Virus record (IMG/VR): IMGVR_UViG_3300048838_000238
Coordinates: 41,997-105,996 of that record
Length of the DNA stretch: 64,000 nt
Origin: a virus
Strand: one strand, 5' to 3'
Shown: in pieces, positions 40,136 through 48,962 of the stretch
Position numbering within the stretch: position 1 is the stretch's first letter
Layout: each line of letters starts with the position of its first letter
Made by a program: the position numbers and the translations under genes
Notes under the pieces: model-generated
Told to the model about the DNA's origin: nothing
The model's input: the letters and a program-made list of their open reading frames with translations, nothing else
The model's database searches: none

Positions 40136-43100
40136 TTACGGGTAAGACTCGACGATCCGGTTGGCAGGCTGCTGCTTGAGAAGCTGAAGAAACGCCTTGG
40201 CTTCATCGGATAGCTCAGCGCCGGTATCGCTGTCGCCGCATCCCTTGCACTCGGCAACTAGGTCGGAAGCCGACTCCGCACCTGCCTGCGGCGATCCCGC
40301 ACCTGCCTGCGGTTTGACCGCACCCGAGTGCCGTCCGGTCATTACCCAGTCGCGGAACTCGTCGATGTGCATGGCGCGGATCGGCCCAACCTTCCAGCCA
40401 GCGTCATAGCTTCCAAGGTACGCGCCGACGGCCCCGAGCTTGCTATTGAAGCCAAGGAACGCCTTGTGCTCGTCGAACTCTCCGGTCTGCTGATCGATCT
40501 GATCCATGACGAAGACAAGTTCGCTGTCTGCGTTCGGCCCGAGAAACACGTCCACGTAGTCTCCGTCAGCGCCGGCGAGCCCGATGACTTCCCCGTAGTG
40601 CGCGGCCATCGTGTTCGCCCACGGCTTGCCGTCCGCGCCGACGCCACGACGCACCGAGCCCTTTGGATTCTCGATCAGGATCGTCAGCCCGTGGAACTGG
40701 ACAGCATGTTTCGGCAAGAGTTCAGGCGGTGTCTGCTCGCGGATCATCTGAGATTGCACCATCTCGGTAACTAGCAGCTCAATCTGCTGTCGCGACATAA
40801 CCGGCCCCACGCCCTCCGGTGCGCCCAACTCCTTGCTGATACTCGGGAGGTCAGACATACCGGCGGCTGGCGCTGCGGTCTTAGGGTCGCGGATACCGGC
40901 TGGCGGTTGCCCGACCGGCGGCTGCTCGCCTGGCGGTTGTCCATGTGGCTTGCCGGTAGCCGCGTCGCGCTCCGCCTCTTCCTGGATATGCTTGTCCTCG
41001 ACTTCACCGTCTAGTTCAGCTTGCGCCTGCCACGTCTTGCGGCTGAGTACCTTAGCGGCTTGGCGGATTTGCCGGATCTGCTCTTCCTCCAGCTTGTTCC
41101 TCTCGTTGATCGGCGGCGCTTCGATCTGCAAGTCGATCGTCCGCTTGAACTCGCGCCATGATTTCTGGCCGGGCGCGAATCCGAACCGCTCGAACCGCCC
41201 GGCGTGGTAGTTAAACAGCAAGACTTTCCAGAAGATTTGGCGGTAATACTGTTTGCGCATTCCTTGCTCGGATCGGCAACTAACGTGAAATCGAGAACCA
41301 GCGACAATACCAGACGCCATGTTGTTATTCGAATCGTCGCCGGAAATTTGTCCTTCCGACATGCAATTTCCAGATACGGCAACGGTCCCGTGCCTGCGAG
41401 TAACCATCGTTCCATTCGGAACCGAGACGCACCACACCTTGCCGACGTACTCGCTAATCTGGACGTTGTCGATCGGCGTAAATCCAACACGATCTGCGAG
41501 TCTGAACCTCACCCTCCATTGAGAGCCCTGTCGTCCCCGAACGGTGGCGACGTATCCGCAACGTACTGCAATCTCCTGGACGTCGTCGGCGAGCTGACGG
41601 CTTGCGGTGTGGTACTCCATAACATTGGCCGTTGCGTTACCTCCGTCGCCTTGCCATAGAGCATGTAGAAGCACCTCTAATAGCTCTGGAACCAGCATCT
41701 TGAATTGGCTAGGGATTCTCTTGTTGCGCGACCCCTCTCCGCAATTCTCGCGAAGCCACAGGCATAGCGACTTGTTCAATACTTCCCATTGGTAAAAATC
41801 CGCAGTCATCTCAGTTTCGCCGATTGGACTTACCCGCTTTGTTCCGGCCGGCGTAATCGATTCAAAAACCTTGTGCCCCAGTAGGTGAATCGACGACTTG
41901 ATATCTTCAAATGCCTCGTTGCCGATTCCCTGGCAAAGGCCAACGCGGTAATTGGCTTGCTCTTTCTGAATTGTTGTCCATCCTTCCGACAGAAAGTGGC
42001 CAATGAATTTAATGAACGGAATGGCATCAAAGCACTGGTCTTGATACTGACTCGCGTTCTCTCGGCGATATGTTTTATTGGAGACGATCTGCCTCACAGC
42101 TCCGGGAGTTACAGAAAACTCGCGTGCTGTCCCGGCGATTGAACTCCCAGACGAAACCAGTTCTCGAATACTTTCCGCCTTCTTGAAGTTAAGTCGCCCC
42201 CTTCCGTCGACGCTTGGTATCGTGATGCTTTCAGGCTTCCAGCCCTCTTCGCAAGCCATCGCAGTAGGAATAGCGTATTGTCGATGGCGATTCCCTTCGA
42301 CAAGATCCCACGCCGGATAGAACCTCCCGACGTCGAATACACGATCACGGCCCCGTGGCGTCAGCAAATACATGCGATGGTCTGGAGTTACCATCATGTC
42401 GACTTTCGCGTTCTTGACACGGACCATCGGCCCCGCGTAGTCGTAAATATGGATCTTCGTAGGTGCCTGGAATTCAAGTTTTCCAGTCTTTTGATTCATC
42501 GTTCCGATGCGATCATCGCTTGAAAGCTTGTCATATTCCTTCCACCCACTATCCGTTAAGCACTCCGTATCCGTATCGTGGCACCATCGCACAGCCACTT
42601 GCCGCAAGATCCCCTGGACAACGTCCAAGAATGCAGAGCCGCGTTCATGGCCGGTCGGACCCGGTTGGTATTCCATCCCCTCCGAGATGTGCTTATGCGT
42701 CCCTGGTGGGTGGTGGCGCTTCGAGACTTCGCGGGTGCCGTTCTGGCCATAGACGTTTTGCTCGTAATCCGCGTTGTTGCGGACCATCGATTCGACTTGG
42801 TCTTTACTGGTGCCCTTGACGTGCTGAATGATGTAGGCGATCGCGGCCTGCTCGGCTGCCGCTTCCCCTGTGTTTTCCAGGATGCGCGATTGCTGGAGAA
42901 TCCACTTCCACACGGGGTAGAAGTCTGTCATCCCACGCTTCACGTTCTGGAATGAATTGCGCTTGCTGTGCTCGACATAGAGCTTCGGCAAGTAATCCCG
43001 TGTCCCGGTGTCCCATTGAACGCAGTAGCCGATGACATCTACCACGTCGTGATCTGGCGTATGCAGTCCGAACGTGCAATTGTCGGCGTGTTCGCGCACA

Positions 43101-43768
43101 ATGCCGAACTTCTCATAGAGCGTGTCGTCGTCCAGCGGTAGATTACCGGTGTCCGTGACGTACTCGGGTTCGATCACGCGAGCTTTGACGCGCCCCGCTT
43201 GGTTCGGATGCAAGCCCAGGAACGTCTCGCCGTCCGCTAGATCGCGGTTGTAGAGTTCCTTGTCGAGGTTACCTGTGAACTTGTTGTCCTCGTCGAACTC
43301 GTCGATCACGTCTTGGACTTCTTCTAGCAGTCCGTCCGGTGTCTGCTTGCCGCGCCTCGCAATGGCCTTATAGATGTAGCCGTCGCCGATCACGTAGTCC
43401 GTGAGCGTCTTGACGATGCCTACCCCGACGGATTCTGCGGTTGTGACCAGTCGCGCGAAGGCGCGTTGCTGCCGCAGGTCTTCCTCGGTCATCACGAACG
43501 GGGCGTTATTGCCGTCGCGGCGCTCGGTCAGACCGCCCATCGCCAGCCCGCCGCCGCCGAAGCCGCCGTTCGCACCTCCCCAGAAATTCGGCAGCCAATC
43601 CATGCGATTGACGGTCTTGATGGCGCTCTCGGATATGCCGAGTTGCCGTTCCAGACCTTGCTTCTTAACGCTCAGTTCGAGGTCGCGGACTTGCCGCTCC
43701 AGGGTTGCCGAGCCGCCGTTATCCGACCCGCTGGCTGCGCCACCTGACTTTTTCCTACGTCGCGACAT
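40136..43768 (-). CDS. Portal protein with intein and C-terminal inorganic pyrophosphatase-like (InPase) domain
   Basis: Follows TerL; DGETFL and KRGMTDF portal-like motifs; C-terminal IENPKGSVR...HYG...GADGDYVDVFLG...FDEHK. Confidence 0.8.
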   Translation of the reverse strand: MSRRRKKSGGAASGSDNGGSATLERQVRDLELSVKKQGLERQLGISESAIKTVNRMDWLPNFWGGANGGFGGGGLAMGGLTERRDGNNAPFVMTEEDLRQQRAFARLVTTAESVGVGIVKTLTDYVIGDGYIYKAIARRGKQTPDGLLEEVQDVIDEFDEDNKFTGNLDKELYNRDLADGETFLGLHPNQAGRVKARVIEPEYVTDTGNLPLDDDTLYEKFGIVREHADNCTFGLHTPDHDVVDVIGYCVQWDTGTRDYLPKLYVEHSKRNSFQNVKRGMTDFYPVWKWILQQSRILENTGEAAAEQAAIAYIIQHVKGTSKDQVESMVRNNADYEQNVYGQNGTREVSKRHHPPGTHKHISEGMEYQPGPTGHERGSAFLDVVQGILRQVAVRWCHDTDTECLTDSGWKEYDKLSSDDRIGTMNQKTGKLEFQAPTKIHIYDYAGPMVRVKNAKVDMMVTPDHRMYLLTPRGRDRVFDVGRFYPAWDLVEGNRHRQYAIPTAMACEEGWKPESITIPSVDGRGRLNFKKAESIRELVSSGSSIAGTAREFSVTPGAVRQIVSNKTYRRENASQYQDQCFDAIPFIKFIGHFLSEGWTTIQKEQANYRVGLCQGIGNEAFEDIKSSIHLLGHKVFESITPAGTKRVSPIGETEMTADFYQWEVLNKSLCLWLRENCGEGSRNKRIPSQFKMLVPELLEVLLHALWQGDGGNATANVMEYHTASRQLADDVQEIAVRCGYVATVRGRQGSQWRVRFRLADRVGFTPIDNVQISEYVGKVWCVSVPNGTMVTRRHGTVAVSGNCMSEGQISGDDSNNNMASGIVAGSRFHVSCRSEQGMRKQYYRQIFWKVLLFNYHAGRFERFGFAPGQKSWREFKRTIDLQIEAPPINERNKLEEEQIRQIRQAAKVLSRKTWQAQAELDGEVEDKHIQEEAERDAATGKPHGQPPGEQPPVGQPPAGIRDPKTAAPAAGMSDLPSISKELGAPEGVGPVMSRQQIELLVTEMVQSQMIREQTPPELLPKHAVQFHGLTILIENPKGSVRRGVGADGKPWANTMAAHYGEVIGLAGADGDYVDVFLGPNADSELVFVMDQIDQQTGEFDEHKAFLGFNSKLGAVGAYLGSYDAGWKVGPIRAMHIDEFRDWVMTGRHSGAVKPQAGAGSPQAGAESASDLVAECKGCGDSDTGAELSDEAKAFLQLLKQQPANRIVESYP
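41366..42583 (-). mobile_element. Intein (406 aa) with LAGLIDADG endonuclease in the portal
   Basis: W|CHDTDTECLT N-terminus, VTPDHRM block B, FIGHFLSEG and LWQGDG endonuclease motifs, VWCVSV...SGN|C C-terminus. Confidence 0.9.
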
Positions 43769-43771
43769 GCG

Positions 43772-43951
43772 TTACCCCGGCTGTTGGTCTGTTGGTGCCT
43801 TGGCGGATTCAAAGATCCGGCGTACCGTCCAGCGGCTGACACCGGCCGCTTCCGCAATCGCCTGCTTCGATAAGTCCGTTTCCGACAACATCTTGAGTAT
43901 CTTCCGCTCCGTCGGCTTGGGAGTCTTGTTGCCTCGCCCTCGTTTCAGCAC
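43772..43951 (-). CDS. Small HTH DNA-binding protein (59 aa)
   Basis: Manual translation ...LSKQAIAEAAGVSRWTVRRIF...; GGAG RBS, GTG start; palindrome at 43967..43985 upstream; below the ORF-track cutoff. Confidence 0.7.
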   Translation of the reverse strand: MLKRGRGNKTPKPTERKILKMLSETDLSKQAIAEAAGVSRWTVRRIFESAKAPTDQQPG

Positions 43952-44009
43952 GCCGCGTCTCCGTGACTATCTCATAGTGATATAGCGTTAGTATAGGCGA
44001 CGAACTGCT

Positions 44010-44459
44010 TTAGAGCTGGCGCGGCAGTTCTCCAGAGAACTCGTACTCCCGGTACAGCGTGCCGCGCTCAGTCCGCTTCGTGACGTGGTCATAAAGATCC
44101 GCATGGCCGCAGCCGTAGCGGCAAGCAACATGCGGCGGATGCTGGTCTAGCGTTATCACTTGGCCGCCCATGCCGCCGCCAATGAAACGAATCGGCCCGC
44201 CGTCCGACCTTGGCTGAAAGAGCAGGAACTCGCCATCCGGTATTCGGTAGCAGATCACCACTGGATGCGCGAACAACCTTCCTGATTCGTAACAGTACGG
44301 ACTAGCGCCTATCAGGAAGTACGCTTCCATGAGTAGGTGTTCCGTTGCTGGGCTGAATCGGATCGGCAAATCCGCTGGCACCTTTGGCAGATCGTAGAAG
44401 CGGCACCAGCGCTGACACTCCCGCCAATACTGACTCAGAAGATCCGTCATGGCAGCCAC
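44010..44459 (-). CDS. Hypothetical protein
   Basis: 149-aa ORF between TerL and the HTH gene. Confidence 0.5.
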   Translation of the reverse strand: MAAMTDLLSQYWRECQRWCRFYDLPKVPADLPIRFSPATEHLLMEAYFLIGASPYCYESGRLFAHPVVICYRIPDGEFLLFQPRSDGGPIRFIGGGMGGQVITLDQHPPHVACRYGCGHADLYDHVTKRTERGTLYREYEFSGELPRQL

Positions 44460-44522
44460 CTTGATTGCGCCTTTGCTGGCATCCTTGCTTGCATTACTGG
44501 ACCCATCCGCTTGCTTAGCCGA

Positions 44523-46643
44523 CTAACCGAATCTCGGCTTCTCCATCGTGCCCTTGGACCAGTGAAGGCATACGGCGAACGCGGTTCCAAGCGGCAAAGA
44601 GTCGCCGTGTTCCATGATATAGCCGCCCGAACTCCGCTCTTTGATTTCCAGCGAACACAACTCCCCGAACAGATCACGATCGGTGTACAAGTCCATTAGA
44701 TGCTGTCGAGTCTTTGCCAACAGCGTCGTGGCGGACTTGGCGCGGTTGGTATTATCCATCGGGAACGGATAAGTAATCATCCCGACGCTTCTCAGGAGAC
44801 CGGCCAGATCATCGCACTGCGTCGGATCGTACGCGATGCCGAGACACCGGAGCCGCTTGCCGTGCGTCATCACGTGCGCCGCGATCTCGGACACGTCCAC
44901 CCTCTGGGTGTCAGGCGTTCGCTGCCACCGCTGAGCGTGCAATATGACGATACGCTGTCGCTGGTCATCCGTTCCCATCACCACAAACGCGGCGTCGGTC
45001 AAGGTCCGGTTGCAGAAGAGCGCCCCGACTGCGGCGTTGTACGGGTGACGATCTTCAATCCAAGGACCGTCCAGCACGGCCATCGCCTCCAAGTCCGCTG
45101 GTTCGACTCGGATAAACGATTGCCGCATGAGCCGCCGGTACATGCCCGAAGCTGCGTCCACCATATCGTCATGTGTGCCGTTGGGAAATAGCTCGTGCTC
45201 CGCGATGAACTTATCCGTCCACTCGTCCTCGACAACGTACACTTCACCGTTTTCAACGGCGATTGAATACGATTCGGCGCGTTGTGACTTGCTACCGCGT
45301 GGATGCTCGGTATCGAACCGGAGCCCCTTGAGTGCGGGCGTGGTCATGGCGGTTTGATATTTGTTGTCCTCTTCGATAACCGTCTGGACTAGCGCGCCGT
45401 AGTCGCGGTCATCTTCCGAAGATGTACTGGCGATGGAGCTTACGACTCCACGAGGGGACGCCTGTTCGTGCTTAACGTCCACGATGTAGACCTTGCGCCC
45501 GCACCGGCCACCGAGAACGCCAGCCGTTGGGTCGCCGGTGACGGTCTGGGATGTGTCCCAATAACGAACCAGTTCATCGAACGACGCTGGCAGTTCGCTC
45601 CTTGCGATCCTCTCGAACTTGTCGACCTTAAAGAATCCGCCTTCATTCGGCGATGGGCGCTGTTGAAACTGACCGGCCCGGCCGTATTCCCCAAGCGGCT
45701 TGCCGATCCGATTAACGGTGGCTTCGCTCATGTAGTTCGGGTCGATCAACTGCCCTTCTTCGGTGCGAGGATCGAACTGCCGAGAGTACGATATGAACGG
45801 GTGATTCCGCTCGAATCGCATCGGGAAGCACAGGTGGACGTAGCCGTAATCTTCTAATTCGTTGGCGATGATATGCCCGCTCAAGTCATCCTGACCGAGT
45901 CGCTGCATATCGACGACCCGAGACACGTCTCGGGTGGCACCGCGAGTAGGCATTTCGCGAGTCCACCAACTGATAACCTCTTTCAGCTTGGCCTTACTTT
46001 CCAGCCGTTGCGGGTTGTGCGCGTCGTCCACGACGATGCGGTCTGGGTGCTGTCCGGTTGCACCGGTGCCGGATGTTCCAGCACTGCGAAAGCCGCCCCT
46101 TGTCGTGTTGTATAACGTCCGCTGATTCTGGTCGTGCGACAGCGCAAAGCGGTCCCCCCAATGGCCTTGATACCACGCGCTATCCATCAGCGTCCGGCAT
46201 TTCAGGGAATCACGAGTCGACAACTCTTGGTCGTAGGAGAAGAACATCCAACGGGTATCGGCGCGGTCGCGCGGCCCCCACTCCCACATTGGCCAGAACA
46301 CGCAGCACGATAGCGACTTGGTAAATCCCGGCGGGACGTTAATCAGCAGATTCTTGATCTGCCCCAACGACACCGCTTCCAAGTGTTCCGCCACACAGTC
46401 CACGATCCAGGTCCGCTTGAACGGGACTGTCGGTTCCAGGACTTTCCAGCCCTGTGCCATGAATTCGATCAGCCGCGACTCCGCCAACTCCCGATTCGTC
46501 TGGAAGTCCTGCATCTGCTTCAGGACATCCGCCCTCTGCCAGCAAGGCATCTGCTCCAGGAGGAAGGCTGATGCCGAGGCGCTGAGCGAGAAGAGTAACT
46601 CGATTTCGTCGTTGCTCAACGGAGACGTAGTGCTCATGGACAT
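44523..46643 (-). CDS. terL: Terminase large subunit
   Basis: LINVPPGFTKS (Walker A), IVVDDAH (Walker B), QRL coupling motif, RYWD and FPNGTHDDMVDA nuclease motifs; true start may be downstream. Confidence 0.9.
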   Translation of the reverse strand: MSMSTTSPLSNDEIELLFSLSASASAFLLEQMPCWQRADVLKQMQDFQTNRELAESRLIEFMAQGWKVLEPTVPFKRTWIVDCVAEHLEAVSLGQIKNLLINVPPGFTKSLSCCVFWPMWEWGPRDRADTRWMFFSYDQELSTRDSLKCRTLMDSAWYQGHWGDRFALSHDQNQRTLYNTTRGGFRSAGTSGTGATGQHPDRIVVDDAHNPQRLESKAKLKEVISWWTREMPTRGATRDVSRVVDMQRLGQDDLSGHIIANELEDYGYVHLCFPMRFERNHPFISYSRQFDPRTEEGQLIDPNYMSEATVNRIGKPLGEYGRAGQFQQRPSPNEGGFFKVDKFERIARSELPASFDELVRYWDTSQTVTGDPTAGVLGGRCGRKVYIVDVKHEQASPRGVVSSIASTSSEDDRDYGALVQTVIEEDNKYQTAMTTPALKGLRFDTEHPRGSKSQRAESYSIAVENGEVYVVEDEWTDKFIAEHELFPNGTHDDMVDAASGMYRRLMRQSFIRVEPADLEAMAVLDGPWIEDRHPYNAAVGALFCNRTLTDAAFVVMGTDDQRQRIVILHAQRWQRTPDTQRVDVSEIAAHVMTHGKRLRCLGIAYDPTQCDDLAGLLRSVGMITYPFPMDNTNRAKSATTLLAKTRQHLMDLYTDRDLFGELCSLEIKERSSGGYIMEHGDSLPLGTAFAVCLHWSKGTMEKPRFG

Positions 46644-46914
46644 GGTGTACTTCCGCCGGATTCTTGCTCTGCTCTTCCTTCATTTGCAGGCTTTCGCGTT
46701 GGATGTTGTTCCGATCGGCTGCGATCAATACCCGCGCGGCTGCGATCTGGCTGCGCTCCGACTCCCCGGCTACTGCCACATTGGTCATCTTTGCCATGAT
46801 GGCTTGCCGGACCAACGGCGAGATTGGCCAGCCGTTCTTGATGGCGCGCTCGATAAGCTGCATATCGCTGCGGCTGGTCTTGTCGTCCGGCGATGGCGCG
46901 GCCTGATCTGTCAT
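46339..46914 (-). CDS. Putative terminase small subunit
   Basis: Helical protein directly upstream of and overlapping TerL; ATGA-coupled to the ParB-like gene. Confidence 0.55.
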   Translation of the reverse strand: MTDQAAPSPDDKTSRSDMQLIERAIKNGWPISPLVRQAIMAKMTNVAVAGESERSQIAAARVLIAADRNNIQRESLQMKEEQSKNPAEVHHVHEHYVSVEQRRNRVTLLAQRLGISLPPGADALLAEGGCPEADAGLPDESGVGGVAADRIHGTGLESPGTDSPVQADLDRGLCGGTLGSGVVGADQESAD

Positions 46915-47468
46915 GCACCAGCATCCCACGAATGGCCACAATGTGGACAGGTAATTACTTCCGCCGCACCGGCCGCCGGCGTATCTGGCGGCAAGTCTTC
47001 TGGGATATCGAGCACTGCCAGCAGTCCGTTGTCTTCGGCTAGCTGCGTGAGCATTTCCGCTAGAGCGCCGTTACCGGTCTGAACTGATCTCAGCAGTTCA
47101 TCGAGCTTCTGCGCATCGGCTTCCGCCATAGCGGCAAGAGGATCTTTGGTAAGAGTGGCCTTGCGGGCTTCCGCCTCGTCGAAGTCGGTCACGTTGACTT
47201 CGATCTCGCAATCGGGACCGTACTTTGCCAGCAGGTGTTTCTTCCGCAAATGCCCGTCACAGAGCTTGATTCGTCCCGGCTCCGGTTCGAATGTATCGGG
47301 GTACGAATACCAACCTAGCTCATCGATCGCGCCCTCTAAAGCATCTTGCTGAGCTTGCGGATGCGTCCGAAAGTTCCATTCGGCATCCTCGATATCGGCG
47401 ACCCGTACTAGACGGATACCGATGTTCCGTGTCCGCAGTTCCGGCTTGGCTTCCGTGCCTTCTGCCAT
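46911..47468 (-). CDS. ParB/Srx-like domain protein with C-terminal zinc ribbon
   Basis: NFRTHP...LCDGHLR...CPHCGH; position typical before TerS. Confidence 0.7.
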   Translation of the reverse strand: MAEGTEAKPELRTRNIGIRLVRVADIEDAEWNFRTHPQAQQDALEGAIDELGWYSYPDTFEPEPGRIKLCDGHLRKKHLLAKYGPDCEIEVNVTDFDEAEARKATLTKDPLAAMAEADAQKLDELLRSVQTGNGALAEMLTQLAEDNGLLAVLDIPEDLPPDTPAAGAAEVITCPHCGHSWDAGA

Positions 47469-47629
47469 CTATTTCAACCCCCTGACCCCCGGCTGAATCA
47501 CTGATCTTCTCGGGTGCCATCGTCCATGTTTTAATTACTCGGTTCGACCGTTATACAACCCGCGTTACAACTACTTACGGGGCGGTCAGTTGCACCGATT
47601 ATAGCATGGTGATATAGGTCGCGACGGAG

Positions 47630-48391
47630 TTAAACAGCCGAGACTCGCCCCTTACCTGCTTGTGCCAGCAGCCTGTTAATCACGTCTTGGTAGTATTCTT
47701 TTTCCCACTCGGCGCGGCCTCCGCCGGCGCCGTGGGTGTCTCCGATCTCGGCCACCCGCAGTCTTTCTCGTGGCCAACGGCCGCCTCCCAGCATCGCATA
47801 AGCAGGGTGAATAGGCAGGTCGTGGATGGCTAGATATCCGAATACATCGGCCGTGTTCCATCGTCCAATCGGCGAGCAGCCTTTAGGGCTGTTCAGTCCC
47901 CAGCGTAGCATCCGAATCCTCCTGCCGCTTGACTCATCTGCGCGGATACCAAGGATGTGCCGTCCGCTGTATGGCTTCTCGAATCTCCGAATCTCCGCGT
48001 ACCATATCTTGTCGGTGAGTTTATCGACGTCCTGATGAGGAGCGTTGCGATCGATGCCGACGTAGTCGACGTCAACTTCCTGATACAGTTGCCCAGGGAA
48101 TTGGCTGAAGTAGGCATCGCGAACCGCGTCACAATCCGGGTTATGGTTTGTCGGGCGCAAGTGCATTAACGGGACGTGACGTGCCACTTTCCACAACAGA
48201 TGGGCAATGACAACGCTATCTTTGCCCCACGAAATTCCTGCGTAGCAATGGCCGTCGCCGATGAACTCAGTGATCGCGCCGATGGATTGCCGTTCACGAC
48301 CATCAACCTCTCTAAGACGATCGCTTTCGGCGTATTCTTTCCACAATAGTAGGTCGCCCGGACGATGCCGTTCACTCTGTATCAGCATCAA
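47630..48391 (-). CDS. CysH/PAPS-reductase-like PP-loop protein (type IV-B-associated)
   Basis: ISWGKDS, LGIRADES..R, PIGRW...DVFGYL...LPIHPAY; last gene of the csf operon. Confidence 0.8.
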   Translation of the reverse strand: MMLIQSERHRPGDLLLWKEYAESDRLREVDGRERQSIGAITEFIGDGHCYAGISWGKDSVVIAHLLWKVARHVPLMHLRPTNHNPDCDAVRDAYFSQFPGQLYQEVDVDYVGIDRNAPHQDVDKLTDKIWYAEIRRFEKPYSGRHILGIRADESSGRRIRMLRWGLNSPKGCSPIGRWNTADVFGYLAIHDLPIHPAYAMLGGGRWPRERLRVAEIGDTHGAGGGRAEWEKEYYQDVINRLLAQAGKGRVSAV

Positions 48392-48962
48392 TCATTTCCC
48401 ATGCGGTTGAATACTGGACGTTTGCAAACAATGATGCAATGCCGGTAAGTTGCTTGTACCGATGAACGGAATCCAAATCGAGGCCGAGCTTCTCCGCAAC
48501 CTCTTCCTCGCTCATGCCTTGCTGAATTAAGGCACGAACGACGTCGGCATCCAAGTCTACCTGATGAAATCCGCGAGCGTTATTAAATTGAACTGTCGCA
48601 GCCATCCTCTTGGCCATCGTGTGCGGCAAACAAACAACTGGAATGTGCGACATATCCAGCCAGTCAGGTCCAGCAATTAAGTGCCGGTGAAACCCGTCTA
48701 TAATCACGAACTGGTCAGCCTCATCGCTCCAGATCGTGACCACGGGGAAGCAGAATCCGTTTTCAATGATGGACGTCTTTAGCAACTCCATTTTGTCGGG
48801 AGGAACGGAATTGGGGTTGTACGTGTTCGCGACTACCAGTCGCCTATTGACGAGCATGGTTTCAATGCACGGGATCGGGATGTCGATCGCCAGCGATGAC
48901 GACTTAATAGCAACAGACTCACGTCGATACCTTCTATAGTCGTCGGCTGTTTCGATAATCAT
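48372..48962 (-). CDS. ibrB: IbrB-like ParB/Srx protein
   Basis: ANTYNPNSV...SIIENGF...IIDGFHR...TVQFNNARG plus C-terminal HTH; ATGA-coupled to ibrA. Confidence 0.75.
   Translation of the reverse strand: MIIETADDYRRYRRESVAIKSSSLAIDIPIPCIETMLVNRRLVVANTYNPNSVPPDKMELLKTSIIENGFCFPVVTIWSDEADQFVIIDGFHRHLIAGPDWLDMSHIPVVCLPHTMAKRMAATVQFNNARGFHQVDLDADVVRALIQQGMSEEEVAEKLGLDLDSVHRYKQLTGIASLFANVQYSTAWEMIDADTE

Noticed and set aside
47469-47629. Mini CRISPR array beside the cas operon (also checked 56056..56165)
   Set aside because: Only short GTTA(TA)CAAC echoes and single palindromes; no repeat-spacer periodicity
47630-48391. cysH as a sulfate-assimilation auxiliary metabolic gene
   Set aside because: No other cys genes, no C-terminal ECGLH motif, and the context is type IV-B cas
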